Of a DNA stretch of 64,000 bases, positions 20,769-29,951 are shown one piece after another. Position numbers and translations under genes: made by a program. The first letter of the stretch is position 1. Each line of letters opens with the position of its first letter. The stretch spans positions 4,032,001 through 4,096,000 of the forward strand of contig OZ250165.1 of NCBI GenBank assembly GCA_965238005.1. The letters are read 5' to 3'. The notes beneath the pieces are model-generated. The model was given only the letters and a program-made list of their open reading frames with translations, had not been told where the DNA came from and did not search any database. Origin of the DNA: Longimicrobiales bacterium (GTDB lineage: Bacteria; Gemmatimonadota; Gemmatimonadetes; Longimicrobiales; Gaopeijiaceae).

Positions 20769-21494
20769 GTGCCCTATGCACCTCGTCCCACTGCAGAATT
20801 GGCCGAACACGCCCTCATCGACCGCGCTCGCCAGCGCTCTCTCGGGTTTCTCCAGTGGGAAGGCCAGAAGTGGTCTTGCTTCCTGATCACCTTCCAGGGA
20901 CGGGACCACCAATGGCACGGTTACCTCTCCTTCCGCCCCAGGGACAGCGAGGGCGACGTAGACGAGGTCCGCACGGCGGACATCTTCATGGAAGCTTCCG
21001 AGTCGGAGATCGACCAAAAGGCGAGGGGGCTCGGGCAACCCCTACTGAGAGCGCTGTTCTCCTCCGCCCTCCATACCCAGCAGAGGGACGAGGTGGCCTC
21101 GCCCAGGCTGCGCAGGTGGTTCCGCAATCTGCTTTCGGAGAACTCCCAGGAGATAGCGGCTGCCGCCCGAGACTGCCTCGACGACCCGTCCGGCCAGGCG
21201 GACGTGGCGGAGCTGCGGTCACTGTATGCCTCGTACAGGCTGGATCAGGTCTGCCATTTCATTGCGCTTCTCAGGCCCGATGACTTCGAGTCGGCTGTGG
21301 ATCGGATCCTCGAGGGACAGCCTGTGGACTTCGGAGCGAAGGACCGGCTCCAACTCGCCATGATGGTGGTGGAGTACATCGAGGCTCTGATACCCATGCC
21401 GCCTTTCGAAGTCTGGACCGTCGATTTCCTGGCCAATCGGGAGGAGTATCTCCTCTACGCCCACACCCTCCATCGTGAGGGGAGACTTCCCTGA
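20769..21494 (+). CDS. Hypothetical protein, domain B-domain A architecture
   Basis: W...WHGYLSF...RTADIFMEA followed by LRSLYASYRLDQV...MPPFEVWTVDF. Confidence 0.8.
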   Translation: MPYAPRPTAELAEHALIDRARQRSLGFLQWEGQKWSCFLITFQGRDHQWHGYLSFRPRDSEGDVDEVRTADIFMEASESEIDQKARGLGQPLLRALFSSALHTQQRDEVASPRLRRWFRNLLSENSQEIAAAARDCLDDPSGQADVAELRSLYASYRLDQVCHFIALLRPDDFESAVDRILEGQPVDFGAKDRLQLAMMVVEYIEALIPMPPFEVWTVDFLANREEYLLYAHTLHREGRLP

Positions 21495-21560
21495 TACGCC
21501 CGGTACTACTACTTTTTTTAGCTCTGAGCTTGGACGTCTTACCGGAGAAGGGACCCTCTC

Positions 21561-21755
21561 TTGGAAGTAACCATTCAGGACAACGAGAGCCTCGAGCGAG
21601 CGCTCCGTCGGTTTAAGCGTAAAGTGCAGCGATCGGGGCTCTACTCGGAACTCCGCAAGCGCCGCTTCTATGAGAAGCCGAGCGCCCAGCGGAAGCGGAA
21701 GCGCGAGGCCGCCATCCGCCGGGAGCGCAGGCGTCAGAGGCGCGGCCGGCGGTAG
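21561..21755 (+). CDS. rpsU: 30S ribosomal protein S21
   Basis: [14 protein letters not shown]...FYEKPS; TTG start. Confidence 0.97.
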   Translation: MEVTIQDNESLERALRRFKRKVQRSGLYSELRKRRFYEKPSAQRKRKREAAIRRERRRQRRGRR

Positions 21756-21796
21756 GCACCGACCCGCAGGTCCGTTCTCGGGTCAGCATAGCCCGC

Positions 21797-21830
21797 AAAA
21801 AAACGGCGACCCCCTCGGGTCACCGTTTTT
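21797..21830. terminator. Bidirectional intrinsic terminator
   Basis: A7 run, CGGCGACCC/GGGTCACCG stem and T5 run between the convergent rpsU and AraC genes. Confidence 0.75.
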
Positions 21831-22644
21831 CTCCTACTGAAAACCACCCGGTCCAAGCAGCCCTCACGAAAAGAGGACCCAGCGCATCCCAACGCCTGAG
21901 ATGCTCTGGCATCAGGAGCTCACGACTGATCCGGGTCAGGACGTGCAGATGCCCCTCCACCGTCGACGCCGCCGACAGCGTGAGCCCCGTGAGGGAGAGG
22001 AACGCGCGGCAGAGATTGCCGTTGCTCGAGTACCCCAAGTGGAACGCCACCCTGGCCGTCGTCATGCCGTGCCGGGTGAGAAGCTTGCTGGCACAGAGCG
22101 CCCGCAGCCGGGTGGTGTACGCGAATGGCGACGGCAAATCCTGGCGTCGGAATCGGGCCTTGAGCGCCCCAGGCGTGAGCCCCACCGCTTCAGCTAATTC
22201 GTCTAGGCGGGCGTACCTGGATGGGAACTCTAAAGTCTTGCGCCCCAGCGCGCCAAGCTCAAGCGGAAGAGGATGTCCCGCCGCACGGCTCAAATCTCGG
22301 AGAAGCCCCTCCACCCAATCCAAGGGGAGCGCCGCTTCGTTGATCAACTGGCGCAAGCTGGCCGGGGCCGTGTCGATGCGCTCAATCGCTATCGCCGATG
22401 CCGAGCGCCGGAGCCCGGGCAAGCCCAAGGGCACTAACTCCAACACGGGAAGATCGGAGCCCCTGGCCTTGATGGCTCGCTCTACCACCCCATCCGCACC
22501 CCGCTCGATGACTGACACTCTCGGGAAGCCCAACTCGAGAGCAGCCATGACATCTTCGACCTCACAGAAGACGTCTTCGGCGGGCAGAGCAGCCCGCCGA
22601 ACCGAGTGGAGCAGAAACGCGTCCCTAATCGCGGCGAGGATCAT
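21820..22644 (-). CDS. AraC-family HTH transcriptional regulator
   Basis: LDELAEAVGLTPGALKARF...TARVAFHLGYSSNGNLCRAF..LTG double HTH. Confidence 0.85.
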   Translation of the reverse strand: MILAAIRDAFLLHSVRRAALPAEDVFCEVEDVMAALELGFPRVSVIERGADGVVERAIKARGSDLPVLELVPLGLPGLRRSASAIAIERIDTAPASLRQLINEAALPLDWVEGLLRDLSRAAGHPLPLELGALGRKTLEFPSRYARLDELAEAVGLTPGALKARFRRQDLPSPFAYTTRLRALCASKLLTRHGMTTARVAFHLGYSSNGNLCRAFLSLTGLTLSAASTVEGHLHVLTRISRELLMPEHLRRWDALGPLFVRAAWTGWFSVGEKR

Positions 22645-22794
22645 TCACAAAAACTGCACCACCTCAGAAGCTTGTGCACGAGTGCATCGCGTGCCTGTTC
22701 GCTCGAAAGTGGGCCCTCACCCATAGTGGAAAGGGCCCTCGCCCCAAAAGTGGAGAGGGCCGATACCTCACGGATGCCGGCGCCCGCCCACCTG

Positions 22795-23673
22795 TCAGAT
22801 GGGAAGGGGAGTCGGTTGCTCTCCCGACCAGTCGTAGAATCCCTGACCCGTCTTCTTCCCGTATCGCCCCATCGCCGCGATCCGCTTCAGCAGCGGCGGT
22901 GGGGCGTAGCGCTCTTCCCGATACTCGTCGAACATGATCTCCGAGATGCGATAGAGGGTGTCGATCCCCACGAAATCACAGAGTACGAACGGTCCCATGG
23001 GATATCCCAGGCGGAGCGTCATCGCCTTGTCCATGTCCTCGACGCTGGCAACGCCGCGCTCGAGCTGCCTGATGGCATCGAGCATGTAGGGCACGAGGAG
23101 AAGATTCACCACGAAGCCCGAGTTGTCCTTCGCCGCGATGGGCTCCTTCCCGAGGGCTGCGGCGAAGGCGAAAGCGGCGTCGAAGGCGTCGTCACTCGTG
23201 GCGATGGTGCGCACGACCTCCACGAGCTTCATGACCGGCACCGGGTTGAAGAAGTGAAGGCCCACCACCTTGTCGGGCCGACTCGTGCCGGCCGCCATAT
23301 CCGTGATCGGCAGTGAAGAGGTGTTCGAAGCGAAGATCGTATCGGCCCCGCACAGCTCGTCGAGGGCCGAGAAGAGCTCGTTCTTGGCATCCAGGTCTTC
23401 CACGATGGCTTCCACCACGAGATCACGATCGGCAAGGTCGGCCAGATCGGTCGTAAAGCGGATGCGGCTCCAGGCCGCGTCGCGGTCGGCGGCTTCGAGC
23501 TTGCCCTTGTCCACGGCCCGGTCCAGCGACTTCTTGATCGTCCCCTGGCCCGCCTCCAAGAGCTCGTCGCTGACCTCGCGAACGGCGACGTCGAAGCCCG
23601 CCTTGGCGGCTACCTCGGCGATCCCGCTCCCCATGAGACCACACCCGACCACGCCTACCTTTTCTATCTTCAC
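22795..23673 (-). CDS. hbd: 3-hydroxybutyryl/3-hydroxyacyl-CoA dehydrogenase
   Basis: GCGLMGSGIA, ASNTSSL, GLHFFNPVP and GFVVN motifs. Confidence 0.93.
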   Translation of the reverse strand: MKIEKVGVVGCGLMGSGIAEVAAKAGFDVAVREVSDELLEAGQGTIKKSLDRAVDKGKLEAADRDAAWSRIRFTTDLADLADRDLVVEAIVEDLDAKNELFSALDELCGADTIFASNTSSLPITDMAAGTSRPDKVVGLHFFNPVPVMKLVEVVRTIATSDDAFDAAFAFAAALGKEPIAAKDNSGFVVNLLLVPYMLDAIRQLERGVASVEDMDKAMTLRLGYPMGPFVLCDFVGIDTLYRISEIMFDEYREERYAPPPLLKRIAAMGRYGKKTGQGFYDWSGEQPTPLPI

Positions 23674-23754
23674 TCGTCCTCCAGATGATCAGGTGCCCCG
23701 CGTCGGCTGCTGGGTCGCCGTCCGACGGCCGCCGACTCGGGGCACTCGTTCGCT

Positions 23755-24612
23755 CTATAGATCTACGTCATCCCCCGACAGCTGGAGCTTGAACCTCCTC
23801 GCTTGACGCGTCACCCACCTCCGCCACGACGCGGGGGGCGGGGAAAGTTCCTCGCCCCGCTCCAAGCGATCGAGGATCCCTTCCAGCTCCTGCTGGACTT
23901 CTTCTCTGCGCTTCCGCGAATAGTGGCCTGTGATACGCACCACTCCGAGCGCCACCGCTCCACCCGCGGCGATCGCGACAGACCATGCGGCAGCCGCGGG
24001 AACCACGAAGACCGATCCCAGGAGAGCTGCCACACCGAAGCTCATTCCCGCACCCGCTCCCAGCCCGCCCATGACCGCGCCGGACGTGTAGTCGCCTCGG
24101 ACGCCCGGATCCACGTCAATCTGCACCAGCGTAGAGCCGTCGTCGCCCTCGTCGAGGCGCACCTCGATCTCCTTGGCAGAAGCCCAGTAGACCGTCTGCG
24201 ACATGGAGGCGCCGGCGCGGGCGAAGTTCGAGATCCAGTCTACGGCGGGCCGGTAAAGGAGAACATCGGACCCCTGCCGGACCGGCTGAAGCAGGTGTCC
24301 GGCCACGAGGAACTCGTCGATGATGAGCCGAAGGCGCTCTTTCCCGCCGGGCACGACGCGCGAAACCTTCACGGTGGCAGACCCGAACCAGCGGGCGATC
24401 ACGCCTTGGGGATCCTCGACACTCCGGATCTCCGTGAGCGCCCGCCGCACGTGGGCATCGGGCAGTCCCACCTCACGAGCGATTCGGAACAGCTCCGCCT
24501 CGTCGAGACCGCCCTCACCCCCATCCGGATCCGAAGTAGCGAGCTCCGATGCACGCTTGATCACGGCCTCGAACTCCCGTCGCGTCAGGCTCCTGCCCTT
24601 CGCCTCGGCCAT
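23755..24612 (-). CDS. Hypothetical membrane protein
   Basis: Start MAEAKGRSL (24612); helical N-terminus (EFEAVIKRASEL...IAREVGL) and two C-terminal TM helices. Confidence 0.75.
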   Translation of the reverse strand: MAEAKGRSLTRREFEAVIKRASELATSDPDGGEGGLDEAELFRIAREVGLPDAHVRRALTEIRSVEDPQGVIARWFGSATVKVSRVVPGGKERLRLIIDEFLVAGHLLQPVRQGSDVLLYRPAVDWISNFARAGASMSQTVYWASAKEIEVRLDEGDDGSTLVQIDVDPGVRGDYTSGAVMGGLGAGAGMSFGVAALLGSVFVVPAAAAWSVAIAAGGAVALGVVRITGHYSRKRREEVQQELEGILDRLERGEELSPPPASWRRWVTRQARRFKLQLSGDDVDL

Positions 24613-24680
24613 GGTCACGCCGAGCCCACGTTCGCGTCGAGTCCGCCCACCCGCCGTACCCCGTCCATGCCCGCGGTACC

Positions 24681-25886
24681 CTACGGGATCTCGACGATCA
24701 CGGCCCCGCCCTGCCCACCCCCGATGCACGCGGACCCGAGACCGTAGCGGCCTCCCCGCCGGCGCAGCTCATGGAGAACGTGAATCGTGATGCGGGCGCC
24801 GGACGCGGCCAACGGGTGGGTGATGGCGATGGCCCCGCCATTCACGTTGGTTTTCTCGGGATCCAGGCGGAGCTCCTTCTCCACGGACTTGTACTGCGGG
24901 GCGAAAGCCTCGTTGACCTCCACGATGTCCATGTCCTCGAGGGTCAGGCCCGCCTTCTCCAGCGCCATACGGGCCGCCGGCGCCGGGCCGATGCCCATCA
25001 CGCGGGGCTCCACCCCCACGAAGCCCCAGGACACGATGCGCCCCAGCGGCTCAACGCCGTTCTGCTCGGCCCATTCGGCCGACGCCACCACAGCGCTGGC
25101 CGACCCGTCACCGATGCCGCTGGCGTTCCCCGCCGTCACCAGCCCGTCTTCCTTGAAGTACGGGCGGAGTGCACCCAGACCCTCCACCGTGGTGTCCGGC
25201 CGTATGTGCTCGTCGTATGCGAACTCGGTCTCGCCCTTCCGGGACTCGATCGTGACAGGCACGATCTCCGCCTCGAAGCGACCCTCGTCCCAAGCGGCCT
25301 TGGCCCGCTGCTGGCTGTTGAAGGCGACTTTGTCGACATCTTCACGCGTGACCTCGTAGCGCCCCGCCAACTCCTCCGCCGTCTGGGCCATGGTCAGATC
25401 GCAGTTCGTGTCCAGGAGCGACTCCCAGAGCAGATCCTCGAAGGCGCCGCCGGCAGGTCCGAGCCGAAGGTCGCCCCAACGGACTCCCCGCAGAACGTGC
25501 GGCGCCTGGCTCATGGACTCGGTGCCCCCGCAGAGTGTCACGTCGGCGCCACCCAGCAGGATCTCCTTGGCACCCTGGACGATGGCCTCGAAGCCGGAGC
25601 CGCACAGCCGGTTGACCGTGACGGCCGGCTTCTCCTCGGGGACGCCCGAGCGGAGGGCGACGTGGCGCGAAAGGTAGATGGCGTCCGCCGAAGTCTGCAG
25701 CGCGTTGCCAAAGAAAGTGTGGTCGACCTGATCAGCCGTGATGCCTGCCGCCTCGATGGCGGCCTTGCTCGAGAACACACCCAGATCGGTGGCAGTGAAG
25801 CCCTTCAGGCTTCCCCCGAAAGTCCCGAAGGCGGTCCTTTTTCCCGAAAGGATCACGATGTCCTTCGACTGCCCCTGCGTGCCCAT
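24681..25886 (-). CDS. Acetyl-CoA C-acyltransferase (thiolase)
   Basis: NRLCGSG, EVNEAFA, THPLAASG (usual GHP variant) and ACIGGGQG motifs. Confidence 0.95.
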   Translation of the reverse strand: MGTQGQSKDIVILSGKRTAFGTFGGSLKGFTATDLGVFSSKAAIEAAGITADQVDHTFFGNALQTSADAIYLSRHVALRSGVPEEKPAVTVNRLCGSGFEAIVQGAKEILLGGADVTLCGGTESMSQAPHVLRGVRWGDLRLGPAGGAFEDLLWESLLDTNCDLTMAQTAEELAGRYEVTREDVDKVAFNSQQRAKAAWDEGRFEAEIVPVTIESRKGETEFAYDEHIRPDTTVEGLGALRPYFKEDGLVTAGNASGIGDGSASAVVASAEWAEQNGVEPLGRIVSWGFVGVEPRVMGIGPAPAARMALEKAGLTLEDMDIVEVNEAFAPQYKSVEKELRLDPEKTNVNGGAIAITHPLAASGARITIHVLHELRRRGGRYGLGSACIGGGQGGAVIVEIP

Positions 25887-25952
25887 CTAGTGTTCCGTTT
25901 CCGAAGTTCGCGAGCCGCCAAGAGGGCCGGGGCGCCGTGGGATACGGACACA
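25887..25952 (+). mobile_element. MITE copy 2 (truncated)
   Basis: CTAGTGTTCCGTTTCCGAAGTTCGCGAGCCGCCAAGAGGGCCGGGGCGCCGTGGGAT matches the left end of the other copies, then diverges. Confidence 0.75.
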
Positions 25953-26016
25953 CCGCTGGCTCTGGGCTACCCCCGCCGCGCAGGAACGGTTCGTGGATTA
26001 CCGCTAGGAGCCGGTC

Positions 26017-27096
26017 CTAGACGAACTCCTCTTCGGGCTCGTCCTGCAGGTACTGCTTGAAGGCGTCTTTGTGGTTGGCCTTCATATAGGCCTCGGTGGG
26101 ATCGATGACGCCCGACATCAGGTACTCGAGGATGTGCTGGTCCATGAGCTGCATGCCGTCCTTCTTCCCGGTCTGGATCATGGACGGAATCTGGTGGATC
26201 TTGCCTTCCCGGATCAGCGCTCGCACCGCGTTGGTTCCGACCATGATCTCCCAGGCGGCACAACGGCCCTTCCCGCCCTTCTTGCGCAGGAGGACCTGGG
26301 CGATCACCCCCTTGACGGACTCGGCTAGCATCGACCGGATCTGGTCCTGCTGGTCTGCCGGGAAGACGTCGATGATGCGGTCGATCGTCTTGGGCGCCGA
26401 ACTCGTGTGAAGCGTACCGAACACCAAGTGGCCCGTTTCCGCGGCCGTGATCCCCAATTCGATGGTCTCCTGGTCACGCATTTCTCCCACGAGGATGACG
26501 TCCGGATCCTCACGGAGTGCCGCCCGGAGCGCATTGGCGAAGCTCTTGGTGTTGGTGCCGACCTCCCGCTGGTTGACCAGACACTTCTTGTTGGGATGCA
26601 CGAACTCGATGGGATCCTCGATGGTGAGGATGTGGTCCGCACGGGTCTCGTTGATGAGGTCCACCATAGCCGCCAGGGTCGTGCTCTTCCCCGACCCCGT
26701 GGGACCGGTGACGAGCACCAGGCCCTTGGTGAGCATGCACATCTTTCGGACGACATCGGGCAGCCCCAGTTGGTCGGCCGTCAGGATGTCGGTGGGGATG
26801 GTACGCATGACCACGCCGATCCCGTTCTTCTGATTGAAGATGTTGACCCTGAAACGTGAGAGCCCTGGAATCTCGTAGGCGAAGTCGAAATCCAGCTGGT
26901 CGAGGAACCGCATCCGCCAGTCCTCTTCCATGATCTCGTAGACGAGCTTCTCCATGTCCTTGCCCGAAAGCTCACGGAACTTGATCCGCTGCATGTGGCC
27001 GTGGACACGGATGACGGGTACGGAGCCCGTGGTGAGATGGAGGTCCGATCCCCCCTGGTCCACCATCACCTTGAGAAATTGGTCGATCTGGGCCAT
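26017..27096 (-). CDS. pilT: Type IV pilus retraction ATPase PilT
   Basis: GSDLHL, GPTGSGKSTT, TIEDPIE, LREDPDVILVGEMRD, TGHLVFGTLH and AVRALIRE (AIRNLIRE-like) motifs. Confidence 0.96.
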   Translation of the reverse strand: MAQIDQFLKVMVDQGGSDLHLTTGSVPVIRVHGHMQRIKFRELSGKDMEKLVYEIMEEDWRMRFLDQLDFDFAYEIPGLSRFRVNIFNQKNGIGVVMRTIPTDILTADQLGLPDVVRKMCMLTKGLVLVTGPTGSGKSTTLAAMVDLINETRADHILTIEDPIEFVHPNKKCLVNQREVGTNTKSFANALRAALREDPDVILVGEMRDQETIELGITAAETGHLVFGTLHTSSAPKTIDRIIDVFPADQQDQIRSMLAESVKGVIAQVLLRKKGGKGRCAAWEIMVGTNAVRALIREGKIHQIPSMIQTGKKDGMQLMDQHILEYLMSGVIDPTEAYMKANHKDAFKQYLQDEPEEEFV

Positions 27097-27145
27097 CAGG
27101 TGTCCTCGTCGTTCGTATTCTCAATGATACCGTACCTGCCCGTGG

Positions 27146-28408
27146 TCAGCCGTGGAGTGGGTCCAAGCTCCACTCCAGCCGGTTCCCCTCCTGAGCCTCG
27201 ATCTTCAACTCCCATCGGATGCCGGCCTCGAGCGCGATGCGGCTCTCCACCTCACCCGTCCAGCGCACGAACGCGATGGCGGCGATGTCCAGCGCCGACT
27301 GCAGCCACTTCTCCGGATGTCCCGGAAGGTCCACCGTGACCACGTCGAAGTGGAATCCGCGAATGGAGTCCAGCTCGGCCGCCCAGTCGTCCTCGCTCAT
27401 AGGAAGCTCGACCGAGAAAGCATGGCTCGCGGCACGGCTATCTGGGTCCGTGAGGTAGATGCTCCGCCATGAAGTGTCGAGCATGAGCGTGGGCAGGTGA
27501 GGGAGGATGTCGTGGCCGAGCTCCGCCGGGTCCGTGACGACCAGGAATCGGGCCGATCCCGACCGCGCAAGGAGCCGAATCTCGGACAGGATCCCCGCAG
27601 ACGGCGGAGGAAACTGGTCCTGTAGCTGAGCGTACGCGTCGACAGGACGGAATAGATACTCGGCACCGCTCTCGTCGGCCAAGTACTGGACCTCGATGGG
27701 AGTGACCATGCCATCGCGGTTTACATGACCGCTCCAGGAAGCCCTCAGCGCATCGCCGATCTCCTCGTCCGGCGAGGGTGAGACGAGCTCCTGGAGCTCG
27801 GAGTTCCAGAGACCCTCCAGAGGGCGGCGACGAATACGACCGCTGTCGTCGTACCAGGCCCAAGCCCGAGGACCGCGGGTCGAGATGCCGAACCGCTTCG
27901 ATGCCGCATCCAACGCCAGCGAGAACACCTCCTTGATACTAGCGGGGGCGGGACGCTCCTCCTCCTCGTGGGCGGCGCCTCGAGCATACACCTGCCGGAT
28001 CAACTCACGGATGTTCGTCGAGGAAGCCAGCGCCAGCTCGATCGTCAGATCTGTCCGGGCCTCGAGAACGTCCACCGCCTCCGTCTTGATGGGTGAATCC
28101 ACTACGACGGTGAGGACCCTCTCCGTTCTCATGATGGGAAGCGTGAGATTGGCGAGCGCCCATTCGGGCGACACCAGAGCCGCCGCCTCCGGGTCGATGC
28201 TGTCGGGATCCGGGAAGACGTAGGGCAGATCGAACTGGGACGCGAGTCCCCACTCGAGCTCCTCGGGGGTCACGAGCTCGAGGGCCAGAAGCGACTCGCC
28301 GAAGAATCCCCCGGTCTCCTGCTGGTGCGCCAGCGCCTTCTCCACATCCTCTTCCGTGATGCGACCGAAGCCCATGAGGATCTGACCGATGGTACGTCGT
28401 TCAGGCAT
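27146..28408 (-). CDS. MshEN/GSPII_N domain protein with a degenerate PilB-like C-terminus
   Basis: Tandem MshEN-like motifs TIGQILMGFGRITEEDVEKALAHQ and FFGESLLALELVTPEELEWGLASQ; no Walker A visible downstream. Confidence 0.8.
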   Translation of the reverse strand: MPERRTIGQILMGFGRITEEDVEKALAHQQETGGFFGESLLALELVTPEELEWGLASQFDLPYVFPDPDSIDPEAAALVSPEWALANLTLPIMRTERVLTVVVDSPIKTEAVDVLEARTDLTIELALASSTNIRELIRQVYARGAAHEEEERPAPASIKEVFSLALDAASKRFGISTRGPRAWAWYDDSGRIRRRPLEGLWNSELQELVSPSPDEEIGDALRASWSGHVNRDGMVTPIEVQYLADESGAEYLFRPVDAYAQLQDQFPPPSAGILSEIRLLARSGSARFLVVTDPAELGHDILPHLPTLMLDTSWRSIYLTDPDSRAASHAFSVELPMSEDDWAAELDSIRGFHFDVVTVDLPGHPEKWLQSALDIAAIAFVRWTGEVESRIALEAGIRWELKIEAQEGNRLEWSLDPLHG

Positions 28409-28414
28409 CTTGGG

Positions 28415-29491
28415 TCATCCGTTCCTGTGAGACGTCGAGGGCTCGCCCGCCGACAGGACGTCGCAGATCCACCGGCCTACGTCGGCCGTGGAGCTGCTCC
28501 CCCCTAGATCGGGTGTCGTCACGCCTTCGCTGAAGGCCCTCTGGACCGCAGTCTAGACGGTCGCCGACTCCTCGCTCCAACCGAAGTGTTCGAGAAGCAG
28601 GGCGACGCATCGGATCGCGCCCATGGGGTTCGCGATGCCTGCGCCCGCTATGTCAGGTGCAGAGCCGTGGACTGGCTCGAAAAGAGCGTGGCGACCCGGA
28701 TGTACGTTGGCGGAAGGCGCGAGCCCCAAGCCGCCCGTGACCTCCGCGGCCAGGTCGCTGAGAATGTCCCCGAACAGGTTCGAGGTCACAATCACCGAGT
28801 ATTGGTCCGGGCGGCGCACGAGATCCATGGCCATTGCGTCCACATACATACAGTCTTGCCGGACGTTGGGATAGCCCTCACCCACCTCGGCGAAGGTGCG
28901 GCGCCACAGCGAGCCCGCCAAGGGCATGGCGTTCGCCTTGTCCACCATGGTCACCCGATCGCGCCCGTTGGAGACCGAATGCTCGAAGGCTGCGCGAATT
29001 ATGCGCTCCACCCCCGGCCGCGTGTTCAGGTCTTCCTGCATGGCCAGCTCGTCGGGCGTCCCCTCGTCGATGACCCGTCTACGGTTCACGTATAGACCCT
29101 CGGTGTTCTCCCGGAAGATCTCCAGATGGATGGGGCCCACATCCCGGAGGGGACATAGGGACGGGTGCAGGGCCACACAGGGGCGGAAGTTGACGTAGAG
29201 GTCCAGGCGGAAGCGCAGGCCCAGGAGGATGTCCCGCGCGTGTGCGTTGTCGGGCACCCTCGGATCACCCAGCGCGCCCAGAAGGATGGCGTCGCAGTCG
29301 TCCGAGAGGGAGCGAAACTCCTCGTCCGTGATCGTCACCCCGTCCCTGAGGTAGCGCTCGGCCCCGAGGTCCTGCTCAGCGAGCTCGAGATCGAGGCTAG
29401 CAACGTCTCGGACGCACTCCAATACCCGAGTCGCCTCGCGCGTCACCTCGGTGCCGATCCCGTCTCCGGGGATGATGGCGATTCGAGGCAT
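28415..29491 (-). pseudogene. 3-isopropylmalate/tartrate dehydrogenase family gene interrupted by an in-frame TAG (28553-28555)
   Basis: IPGDGIGTEV, RENTEG, DKAN, NLFGDILSD and FEPVHGSAPDIAG motifs. The frame continues past the TAG as TAVQRAFSEGVTTPDLGGSSSTADVG to TGA at 28415. Confidence 0.8.
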
Positions 29492-29495
29492 CAGC

Positions 29496-29951
29496 CTACC
29501 GGTCCGCCGAATCCCCCCGGACCGTGACGCTCCCGTAGACGGGCTCTCCGTGACTCCTGCTCGAAAAGACGTACCGCCCCACGGGAGCCTCTCGGAAGTT
29601 CACGAAGAGGCGGGTCCCTCGCTCGAGGAGCGGTGGGCCGTGCAGCTGGCCTGTGGCGAGTAGAAATTCGCGCGCTTCAGGGGAGAGGGAGTCGGCGACG
29701 AACGAAAGGGTGTGCACCCTGCGATCGAGGGTGACGAACTCCACCCACTCTCCCACCGAGATCTCGAGGGTGAGGGGAAGCACGTGCTCCTGCTCCCTAC
29801 CACCCCCCAGCTGGATGACCTGGGTGGCCTCCACCACCGGGAAGGGTGACTCGGCGGCATCCGCGGCATCCTGGGATTGGGGCTCGGCCTCGACACCGCA
29901 CCCCCCCAGAATCAACAGCCCCAGCGTCGCGCGACGGAGCCGGCTATTCAC
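29496..29951 (-). CDS. Cupredoxin-like lipoprotein
   Basis: Lipobox LGGC; LEISVGEWVEF...HTLSF...GRYVF..SH...GSVTV follows a plastocyanin-like layout. Confidence 0.6.
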   Translation of the reverse strand: MNSRLRRATLGLLILGGCGVEAEPQSQDAADAAESPFPVVEATQVIQLGGGREQEHVLPLTLEISVGEWVEFVTLDRRVHTLSFVADSLSPEAREFLLATGQLHGPPLLERGTRLFVNFREAPVGRYVFSSRSHGEPVYGSVTVRGDSADR

